From Candidatus Omnitrophota bacterium (lineage in GTDB: Bacteria; Omnitrophota; Gorgyraeia; Gygaellales; Profunditerraquicolaceae): DNA of 31,916 bases. A program made the translations under genes and the position numbers. Shown in pieces: positions 1-6,763 of the stretch; within the stretch, counting starts at the first letter, position 1, and each line of letters opens with the position of its first letter. Below the pieces are notes generated by a model. The model searched no databases and was not told the DNA's origin. It worked only from the letters and a program-made list of their open reading frames with translations. The stretch is from positions 1 through 31,916 of the forward strand of contig JAPLLU010000032.1 of assembly GCA_026387385.1 (NCBI GenBank), given 5' to 3'.

Positions 1-1
1 T

Positions 2-346
2 GCCATGGGAGACCGCGTCCTTATCCAGATGGCAAATATAATTAAGGATAATTTACGCGTAGTGGACATAGTCGCGCGTTATTCCGGAGAAGAATTTGCG
101 GTGTTACTTGCGGACATAAATCTAAAGCAGGCAGCAACAGTGGCTGAGAAATTGAGGGATAAAATAGAGAAAGCGGTGTTTGTAGAGAGGAGAGATTCTC
201 CTTTAGAGATGACAAGGCTTACGGTAAGCGCCGGGGTAGGGCAATATAATTTAAGAGACAGCAAAGAGAAATTTCTCAAGCAGGTAATAACCGTTTTGGA
301 AGAAGCAAAGCGAAAAGGCAAAAACCGCGTTTGTGTTTATAAATAA
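2..346 (+). CDS. Diguanylate cyclase (GGDEF domain), C-terminal fragment; the 5' end lies outside the window
   Basis: The translation holds the GGDEF active-site region as RYSGEEFAVLL, then the conserved C-terminal part of the domain (SAGVGQY, EEAKRKGKNRVCVY). The motif reads SGEEF rather than GG(D/E)EF. Confidence 0.8.
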   Translation, partial: AMGDRVLIQMANIIKDNLRVVDIVARYSGEEFAVLLADINLKQAATVAEKLRDKIEKAVFVERRDSPLEMTRLTVSAGVGQYNLRDSKEKFLKQVITVLEEAKRKGKNRVCVYK

Positions 347-351
347 GTATT

Positions 352-615
352 ATGCATTACGTATATGTTCTCCAAAGTCTAAAAGACGGTGAATTTTATA
401 CAGGTTTTACAAGTAATTTAGAGCGTCGTATAAAAGAACACAACGATAAAAATCAATTCTCGACACAAAATAGGGGGCCGCTTAAGCTGATTTATTATGA
501 AGGATGCTTAGAAAAAGAAGATGCTATAGTCAGAGAAAGATATTTGAAAAGTGGCATGGGTAAGAAATATTTAAGATATAGATTGAAGAATTATTTAGCA
601 TTAAACAGTAAATAA
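352..615 (+). CDS. Small GIY-YIG nuclease-superfamily protein (UPF0213-like)
   Basis: The N-terminus VYVLQSLKDGEFYTGFTSNLERRIKEHN matches the GIY-x10-YIG motif plus the conserved Arg/Glu. At 87 aa it fits the stand-alone GIY-YIG family that is often found next to tRNA genes. Confidence 0.75.
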   Translation: MHYVYVLQSLKDGEFYTGFTSNLERRIKEHNDKNQFSTQNRGPLKLIYYEGCLEKEDAIVRERYLKSGMGKKYLRYRLKNYLALNSK

Positions 616-620
616 ATATT

Positions 621-723
621 CGTCAGCATGGGGGGGGCGTGGCCCGATGCTGACGTGAAGTCTAGAGCATGGTCAGCATCGGGCCGTGGTCCCGATGCTG
701 GCTTAGGGTTTAAAAATAACGCC
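621..723 (+). repeat. Two tandem 50-nt units, each a strong hairpin that copies the 5' end of the downstream tRNA-Pro (CAGCAT-[C/G]-GGGGCGTGG plus its reverse complement)
   Basis: Copies of CAGCAT begin at 624, 674 and 724, a period of exactly 50 nt. Hairpin 1 spans 621-655 (9 bp, one mismatch, then 3 bp). Hairpin 2 spans 674-700 (perfect 10-bp stem, 7-nt loop CCGTGGT). The third copy is the genuine tRNA-Pro 5' end. Confidence 0.8.
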
Positions 724-728
724 AGCAT

Positions 729-803
729 CGGGGCGTGGCTCAGTTTGGCTAGAGCGCTTGGTTTGGGACCAAGAGGTCACAGGTTCAAATCCTGTCGCCC
801 CGA
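729..803 (+). tRNA. tRNA-Pro (anticodon TGG)
   Basis: Cloverleaf: acceptor stem CGGGGCG/CGCCCCG, D arm GCTC-AGTTTGGCTA-GAGC, anticodon arm CTTGG-TTTGGGA-CCAAG with anticodon TGG, variable loop AGGTC, T arm ACAGG-TTCAAAT-CCTGT, discriminator A. CCA is not encoded. Confidence 0.9.
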
Positions 804-878
804 CTTACCCACTATTACTTGTCAGTAAATCGTACTTTGTCATCAGACAAAATACCTAAAGATCATTGAAACTAAACT

Positions 879-955
879 GTCCCTGTAGCTCAGCTGGATA
901 GAGCAACTGCCTTCTAAGCAGTCGGTCGGCTGTTCGAATCAGCCCAGGGACGCCA
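879..955 (+). tRNA. tRNA-Arg (anticodon TCT)
   Basis: Acceptor stem GTCCCTG/CAGGGAC, D arm GCTC-AGCTGGATA-GAGC, anticodon arm ACTGC-CTTCTAA-GCAGT with anticodon TCT, T arm GGCTG-TTCGAAT-CAGCC, discriminator G. CCA is encoded at 953-955. Confidence 0.9.
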
Positions 956-990
956 GTATTTTCACTCTCCTCATATAATGAGAGAACTTT

Positions 991-1029
991 AAGGCTATGG
1001 TCGATCATACTGATCATAGCCTTTTTATC
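991..1029 (+). terminator. Rho-independent terminator after the tRNA pair
   Basis: AAGGCTATG ... CATAGCCTT forms a 9-bp stem, with an inner GATCA/TGATC pairing, followed by TTTTAT. Confidence 0.6.
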
Positions 1030-1354
1030 TGGCGCTGTGTCAAAGACTTAGGGCATTGCGTTTTCCGACCTACCAAAGCACTTATTCCGACGGATTTCTA
1101 TTTATAAAACCTCTCTGAATTAAGTTATTTTAGCGTAGAAATAGGCCAATTCCTCTCTTATATAATGGTCCCTATATAATGAAAATATCGGCAATATTCG
1201 AGGCATTTTCGAGTTTCCGAAGGTCATTTATAAAAGCCGGGTAATAGGAGAGTGGCTAGGAAATACCTCTCTAATTTTGCCATACCTGTTTGCAGAGAGT
1301 GTTTTTATGGTGAGTCCCTTCTGAGCGTCCTGAGTGAGAATACCTCTTAACTGC

Positions 1355-1382
1355 TTGACAAAAGAAAAAAACGCGATAAAAT
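1355..1382 (+). promoter_or_regulatory. Sigma70-type promoter for the thi leader
   Basis: TTGACA at 1355-1360, a 16-nt spacer, then TAAAAT at 1377-1382. It lies immediately upstream of the riboswitch. Confidence 0.55.
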
Positions 1383-1394
1383 TATTTTAAATAA

Positions 1395-1540
1395 AAAGTG
1401 GGGAGGTCGTAAAACGGCCTGAGAGTTCCGTGTGGAACGGATGACCCCAGGAACCTGATCTGGATAATGCCAGCGGAGGGAAAGGAGGTCTGGATGTATG
1501 TAGCCCTTATGCAGTTGGCATAAGGGTTTTTTGTTTTTAA
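1395..1540 (+). ncRNA. TPP (thiamine pyrophosphate) riboswitch with an intrinsic-terminator expression platform
   Basis: Hallmark THI-box strings are present: CTGAGA at 1419-1424 and ACCTGATCTGGATAATGCCAGCG.AGGGAA at 1453-1483, near-identical to the E. coli thiM aptamer core. They are followed by the terminator hairpin GCCCTTATGC-AGTT-GCATAAGGGC plus TTTTTTGTTTTT at 1503-1538. A free strong RBS AAGGAGGAG then precedes the thi4 ATG. Confidence 0.85.
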
Positions 1541-1561
1541 CCATTAATAAGGAGGAGCAAA

Positions 1562-2335
1562 ATGAGATTGGATGAAATAAAAATTTCTCGGGCTATTATT
1601 GAATCATACAGCGAGAAGCTCGTGAAAGCGTTGGATGTTGATGTGGCAATAGCCGGGGCCGGCCCTGCCGGTATGGTATGCGGATACTATTTGGCTAAGG
1701 CTGGGAAAAAGGTAGTTTTATTTGAGCGGAAGTTATCCGTAGGGGGAGGTATGTGGGGCGGTGGGATAATGTTCAATGAGATAGTAGTTCAGGAAGAGGG
1801 TAAGAAGATTCTGGATGAGTTTGGAGTCAAGAATAGAAAATATGAGGACGGTTATTACCTTGCGGATTCCATAGATGCGGTGTCCACGATATGTTCGCAA
1901 AGCGTGCATGCTGGCTTAAAGATTTTTAACCTTTTAAGTGTTGAAGATGTAATGATAAGGTCTAAACGTGTTTGTGGCTTGGTTTTAAACTGGACGTCTG
2001 TTGAAATGGCTAACCTGCATGTTGATCCGATTACCATGAGGGCGAAATTCGTGGTTGATGCTACTGGACACCCTGCAGAAGTTGCGCGGGTCGTGGAACG
2101 GAAATCAGGAATTAAACTTAATACAAAGACCGGGAAAATTATGGGTGAACAATCAATGTGGGCAGAGGTAGGAGAAGATACTATAGTAAAGAATTCCAAA
2201 GAAATATGCCCTGGGCTTTACGCCTGTGGGATGTGCGCAAATGCTGTATTTGGAGGCCCGCGTATGGGGCCAATCTTTGGCGGCATGTTTCTTGCAGGTA
2301 AGAAGGTAGCAAGAGAATTGCTTAAGAAGTTATAG
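1562..2335 (+). CDS. thi4: Thiazole synthase of the Thi4 family (archaeal/anaerobe type, probably sulfide-dependent)
   Basis: The N-terminal dinucleotide-binding motif [18 protein letters not shown], the length (257 aa) and the overall similarity fit Thi4/THI1. It sits directly behind the TPP riboswitch. The stretch [10 protein letters not shown] has no Cys at the position I tentatively align with the suicide Cys of yeast Thi4 (alignment made from memory). Confidence 0.8.
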   Translation: MRLDEIKISRAIIESYSEKLVKALDVDVAIAGAGPAGMVCGYYLAKAGKKVVLFERKLSVGGGMWGGGIMFNEIVVQEEGKKILDEFGVKNRKYEDGYYLADSIDAVSTICSQSVHAGLKIFNLLSVEDVMIRSKRVCGLVLNWTSVEMANLHVDPITMRAKFVVDATGHPAEVARVVERKSGIKLNTKTGKIMGEQSMWAEVGEDTIVKNSKEICPGLYACGMCANAVFGGPRMGPIFGGMFLAGKKVARELLKKL

Positions 2336-2351
2336 AATAAATAAGACAAAA

Positions 2352-2777
2352 ATGTGGAAATCTTACCGCTTGCTTGCGCAAAGATATCCAAAAATCACCT
2401 TATCCGAAGAAAGACAATTGATCCTAAAGGCCCAAAAGGGCTCAAAGAAAAGTAAGGATGAACTTGTACTTCGTCATATAGGTTTTCTAATCTTTAGAAT
2501 CCATAAAGTAGCATTCCCTGAGCTTATCCAGCGTTTTGGAGAAGATTTGCTCGAAGAAGCTATTCTGATCGCCTATAAAAAGATTGAAAGTTATGATCTT
2601 GATTATCGCGATAATATTTCCTACATTTGGAAACGAATTGATGGATTGATAATCGATTCTTTAAAGAAAGAACTGAGTGAATCTAATTTCTACAACAGAT
2701 ATAATGAATATAACATTAAAAATGGAGATTTATCGTCTATGTCCTGGTCAACAGAGGTGGACAACTCTATCTTCTAA
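2352..2777 (+). CDS. Sigma-70-family fragment with region 2 only (141 aa) and no region 4
   Basis: LSEERQLILKAQKGSKKSKDELVLRHIGFLIFRIHK and DLLEEAILIAYKKIESYDLDYRDNISYIWKRIDGLIIDSL resemble sigma70 regions 1.2-2.4. No region 3/4 follows. Its 3' end overlaps repeated promoter module A. Confidence 0.5.
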   Translation: MWKSYRLLAQRYPKITLSEERQLILKAQKGSKKSKDELVLRHIGFLIFRIHKVAFPELIQRFGEDLLEEAILIAYKKIESYDLDYRDNISYIWKRIDGLIIDSLKKELSESNFYNRYNEYNIKNGDLSSMSWSTEVDNSIF

Positions 2778-2778
2778 C

Positions 2779-2890
2779 CTCTCAAAGAGTTAGAGAATTT
2801 CAGGCCAAAAAATACCGGACAAAACGGACATAAAATCTATCTCTAATAAGCCATAATTTCTGGAAATTCGGCATTTTTGTTATATAATAG
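2779..2890 (+). promoter_or_regulatory. Promoter/leader module, copy A (-10 TATATAAT at about 2881-2888), upstream of the sigma54-activator gene
   Basis: Aligns with copy B at 21998-22120 over about 110 nt. For example CCAAAAAATACCGGACAAAACGGACATAA matches CCAAAAAAGACCGGACAAAACAGACAAAT. Both end in TATA(A)TAA(T)AGG, and similarity continues into the transcribed leader (TGTTTGTACAAAGAGATAAAG versus TGTATTTAGAGATAGGAG). Confidence 0.55.
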
Positions 2891-3356
2891 GCTTGTTTGT
2901 ACAAAGAGATAAAGTTATTACCTATAGCAACACGCGCAGCCAATTTGGACGAGAGAGCCCTTCAGCGAACAAAATGAGGTGCTTTTTATATGTGGGATAA
3001 AGATTTACGTCATTCAATAGATAGTTCGAAGCTACGAATCTGGCAATTTTAGCCCTTTCCCCGCAATTTCCTTTAACATATAACGGATACAGGTGGTTTT
3101 TAGTTCAAGCTGCTTATTTACTATTTATACTGTAGGGCTTCTTTTTTTATATTGTATGTAAGCCAGTATAGTAAACAACGCATTTTAATTAGTCCATTGA
3201 AAAAACTATATGCTATAATACGAGAAGTTAGTACTGATGATAGGTGAGGCATTATAATTTATATAAAAGAGAGCCTCCAAGGTTAAGATCAATTTTTTAA
3301 TCCGCTATTTAATCAACGCTGTATAAAATTAACTTACACTTCAAATCTGAACAGAT

Positions 3357-4730
3357 ATGAATAATCCAAAAAATTTGCCCATTGCTTTGGTGGTTGATGA
3401 TGAGCCAGCGGTCTTAGAAACCTTTGAGACTATTTTGGAGGGAAGGTTTGAGGTTCTAACCGCAAGGAGCGGTAAAGACGCCCTGGATAAGATAGCAAAG
3501 GAATCGATTAATTTGGTTTTCTTAGATATTGCTATGCCGGATATGGATGGCATGCAGGTCCTGCGCAAGATAAAGGAATACGATGAAAACCTGCCTGTAA
3601 TTATGGCAACAGCTACAGATAGCGCACGCAAGGCAGTTGAAGCAATGCAGCTAGGAGCCAGTAATTATATTACCAAGCCTTTTGATGTAGATGAGGTGAT
3701 AACAGTAGCCGAGAAGGCCCTAGAGCAAGATAAATTATTTAGAGAGGTAGTCTATTTCCGTTCTCAAAGAGAAGAGACTAAATTTGAGAATATTGTGGGT
3801 AAAAGCAAAAAAATAAGAGAAATATACGGCATAATTGAAAAGGTGATAAAGAACGATTCTACGGTCCTGGTATCCGGAGAAAGCGGGACTGGCAAAGAGT
3901 TAATCGCCCGGGCTATACACTTTAACAGCACCAGGAGACAAAAGCCATTTATACCCATTAATTGCGCTGGTATACCGGAAGCCCTATTAGAGAGCGAATT
4001 GTTCGGCCATGAAAAAGGAGCTTTCACCGATGCTATTAATCAGAAGTTAGGGATGTTTGAGCTGGCTAATGAGGGCACGCTCTTTTTAGATGAAATTTCC
4101 GGATTAAGATTGGGCGTGCAGGCAAATCTTTTAAGAGCCCTGGAGGAAAAAGAAATCAGGAGGTTGGGCGGCACAAAAATAATTAAAGTAGATGTGCGCA
4201 TAATATCCGCTACCAATGTTGACCTAAAACAGGCAGTAGAGGTAGGGAAGTTCAGAAACGATTTATACTACCGTTTGAATGTCGTACCCATACACCTTCC
4301 CGTTTTAAGGGAACGCCGAGAAGATATACCTTTATTAGTCGCCTATTTCTTGCAGAGGTATAATCAGCTTTTCAGAAAAAAGATAGAAGCTTTCACTAAA
4401 GAGGCTTTGGAATATTTGGTGAATTACGCTTGGCCGGGGAATGTAAGAGAACTCAAGAATGTCATAGAGCGGCTTGTAGCTTTAAGGGATGAAGGCGTGA
4501 TTACTTCCAAGGACCTGCCCTTTGATATTTTTATCAAGAGCGGCCTAGTAAGGGCTTTCCATGCCGAAGGCGGGCTCAAAGAAGCAAGTAAAGATTTTGA
4601 GAAGCAATACATAGAAGCAGTTTTAGAAAAAGTTAGGGGAAATCAAGTCAAGGCAGCTAAGATATTAGGAATACATCGCAATGCTCTTTTCAACAAGATG
4701 AAAAGCCTGGGATTAAAAAATAGTGAATAA
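3357..4730 (+). CDS. Sigma54-dependent NtrC-family response regulator (REC - AAA+ sigma54 activator - Fis-type HTH)
   Basis: Receiver domain (VVDDE, LDIAMPDMDG), Walker A GESGTGKE, the sigma54-contact loop ESELFGHEKGAFTDA (a GAFTGA variant), the Arg finger region and a C-terminal HTH (QVKAAKILGIHRNALFNKMK). Confidence 0.9.
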   Translation: MNNPKNLPIALVVDDEPAVLETFETILEGRFEVLTARSGKDALDKIAKESINLVFLDIAMPDMDGMQVLRKIKEYDENLPVIMATATDSARKAVEAMQLGASNYITKPFDVDEVITVAEKALEQDKLFREVVYFRSQREETKFENIVGKSKKIREIYGIIEKVIKNDSTVLVSGESGTGKELIARAIHFNSTRRQKPFIPINCAGIPEALLESELFGHEKGAFTDAINQKLGMFELANEGTLFLDEISGLRLGVQANLLRALEEKEIRRLGGTKIIKVDVRIISATNVDLKQAVEVGKFRNDLYYRLNVVPIHLPVLRERREDIPLLVAYFLQRYNQLFRKKIEAFTKEALEYLVNYAWPGNVRELKNVIERLVALRDEGVITSKDLPFDIFIKSGLVRAFHAEGGLKEASKDFEKQYIEAVLEKVRGNQVKAAKILGIHRNALFNKMKSLGLKNSE

Positions 4731-6591
4731 GAAATATCTAACCGCTAACTCCGCATGGGCTTTATTATTGGCTATATTCATTATCGGGATAATACATGCT
4801 CCGGTAGCGGCAGAAAACAGCAAAGAAATAGAATTACAAAAGATAATAGTAACTAACAGAAGAACACCTGTTGGCCTCAGTGAAACAACTGAAAATGTGG
4901 TGGTAGTTAATGAAGAAGAAATCAAGCAATTGCCCGCCAGGGATTTAAGCGAAGTCCTAAATTACATACCGGGTGTTTATGTTGAGCCAGGGCGCGGTTT
5001 TGGCCGTGCCACTTCCGTCAGTATTCAGGGGTCAGACTCCCGGCAAGTAAGGGTGATGATTGACGGCATACCTTTGAATACGCAAGCCTCAGGCCAGGTA
5101 AACCCCTCAAAATTCCCTATCGAAGACATAGCTAGGATAGAAGTAATTAAAGGTTCGGCTTCCAGCATCTGGGGCTCTGCCTTAGGAGGAGTGATAAACA
5201 TTATTACCAAGGATACGGGAAATTCATTAATACCGGAAGGTAGCATAACCAATACCTTTGCTGAATTCCGCACACAAAAACACAGTTTTGATTTATCCGG
5301 CAAAGCGCTAGGCCTTGGTTATTATATTTTCTCAAGTTATATGGAATCAGGCGGAAATGGGCCAAAGGATGATATTTTGGAGAAAAAGTCATTCGGTAAG
5401 CTATCCTATGATTTAGAAGAGCAGGGTAAAATTACCGGCTCCTTTGGTTTTAGCGAAGGAGATGTCAATAGCGGGGTGTTGCCGGATAATACCTGGGAAG
5501 CCCACCCCTACCGCTGCCAGTACGGCAAGGTTGGCTGGGAAGGGAATGTTAAAGATTCAAATATAAGAATAGATTTAAAGCGTTCCCGCCAGGATATAAT
5601 TTCCGATTATTTTCTTTCGGTTGACGATGAAGCCCCTTACCTAGCCATAAAATCTAAAGACCTGCTTTATCAGTTGAGTTTAAATTCCAGCACCCGCCTT
5701 AGAGGGAAAGACCTCTTGGTCTTGGGTGTTGATTTTGATTCTGATACCTTAAAGTCTACTTATCTTACCAAAGCAAAAAATTTAAAATTACAGGCGCCCT
5801 ATGCTAATTACAGTTTGAAATTAAATCCCTGGGATTTCAATTTTGGGTTGCGTTACGACCGTAATAGCGAATTCGGACAGGACATAAGCCCGTCATTCGG
5901 CTGCGTATACCATTTAGGCAGTAGGGAAGACACCTTAATAAGGCTTAATATCTCCCGTGCCTTTAACGCTCCGCCGCTATTGTGGAAGTATTATATTGAA
6001 AGCCTAAGCGGCCTTACCACTAACCCTGACCTTGGGCCTGAGCGCGCCATGGTTTATGAGTTGGGCTTGGAAAGTCAGCCTGTAGCCAGGGTATGGTTAA
6101 AACTTTCATTATACAAAGCAGATATTTCTGATGCTATCTCCAATGCCAAGAACCTAGAAGGCAAATGGATTAAAAAGAACTTTGAAGAATTCAGAAGGCA
6201 GGGAATAGAGGCAGAGGTTAGATTAAAACTATTTGAGGATTTAAGCTTTTTCGGCTCAGGCGCTTTTAATGATATTGAAAACAGGACAACAGGGGAAACT
6301 GTTAAAGACGCAGATAGCCCCAGGCAGTCTTTTGATTTAGGGTTTGAATATAAGAATAAGATAGGCACCTGTCTTTATATTAACGGCCGTTATGATTATT
6401 GGAACAAGACTTTTGATATCTTCCAGCCAAAAGACAGAAAATTCATCTTTGACCTTAAGGCCAGGCAAAAGGTCAAGAATCTCACCTGTTTTTTAAATAT
6501 CTACAATATCTTTGACAGCGAATACTGGTCAGATTTCTATAATCCCATCCCAAGAAGATACTTTGAAGGCGGCTTTTCAATCGATTGGTAA
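4723..6591 (+). CDS. TonB-dependent outer-membrane receptor (short, BtuB-sized)
   Basis: A signal peptide, a plug domain (ETTENVVVVNEEEIKQLPARDLSEVLNYIPGV, IRGSDSRQVRVMIDGIPLN), a beta-barrel and a C-terminal aromatic ending ...GGFSIDW. The GTG start overlaps the activator stop by 8 nt (GTGAATAA). Confidence 0.85.
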   Translation: MNKKYLTANSAWALLLAIFIIGIIHAPVAAENSKEIELQKIIVTNRRTPVGLSETTENVVVVNEEEIKQLPARDLSEVLNYIPGVYVEPGRGFGRATSVSIQGSDSRQVRVMIDGIPLNTQASGQVNPSKFPIEDIARIEVIKGSASSIWGSALGGVINIITKDTGNSLIPEGSITNTFAEFRTQKHSFDLSGKALGLGYYIFSSYMESGGNGPKDDILEKKSFGKLSYDLEEQGKITGSFGFSEGDVNSGVLPDNTWEAHPYRCQYGKVGWEGNVKDSNIRIDLKRSRQDIISDYFLSVDDEAPYLAIKSKDLLYQLSLNSSTRLRGKDLLVLGVDFDSDTLKSTYLTKAKNLKLQAPYANYSLKLNPWDFNFGLRYDRNSEFGQDISPSFGCVYHLGSREDTLIRLNISRAFNAPPLLWKYYIESLSGLTTNPDLGPERAMVYELGLESQPVARVWLKLSLYKADISDAISNAKNLEGKWIKKNFEEFRRQGIEAEVRLKLFEDLSFFGSGAFNDIENRTTGETVKDADSPRQSFDLGFEYKNKIGTCLYINGRYDYWNKTFDIFQPKDRKFIFDLKARQKVKNLTCFLNIYNIFDSEYWSDFYNPIPRRYFEGGFSIDW

Positions 6592-6600
6592 GAAAGGTTA

Positions 6601-6644
6601 TTTGTGCACAGGAGTGGTATTTGCACAGTTTTTTGTGCATATAA
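6601..6644 (+). promoter_or_regulatory. Candidate enhancer (UAS): three TGTGCA-type repeats
   Basis: TGTGCACA at 6603-6610, TTGCACAG at 6621-6628 and TGTGCATA at 6635-6642 lie about 90-130 bp upstream of the sigma54 promoter. The geometry and the palindromic GTGCAC-like sites are typical of NtrC-family enhancer-binding-protein sites. Confidence 0.5.
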
Positions 6645-6730
6645 AATCCGGCAGTTGTTAAGCGCGCTTTGCCATGAAGAAAAAATCCTACCGACGGTAT
6701 TTCATAGGAATTCTTTTTTCACTTAATCCT

Positions 6731-6746
6731 TGGCACAGAAGTTGCT
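6731..6746 (+). promoter_or_regulatory. Sigma54 (RpoN) -24/-12 promoter
   Basis: TGGCAC-AGAAG-TTGCT matches the consensus TGGCAC-N5-TTGCW with correct GG/GC spacing (GG at 6732-6733, GC at 6744-6745). It sits about 18 nt upstream of the SBP start. Confidence 0.7.
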
Positions 6747-6763
6747 TTTATAAAAGGTGAAAG

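Noticed and set aside
628-828. 66-aa ORF MGGAWPDADVKSRAW...
   Set aside because: It lies entirely over the tandem hairpin repeats and the tRNA-Pro gene. Its Gly/Ala/Arg-rich composition is a GC-repeat artefact and it has no RBS.
1347-1544. 65-aa minus-strand ORF
   Set aside because: It is antisense to the TPP riboswitch and terminator, and the structured RNA explains the sequence.
3049-3064. TGGCAATTTTAGCCC as a sigma54 promoter in the activator leader
   Set aside because: The GG-to-GC spacing is one nt short and there is no TTGC.
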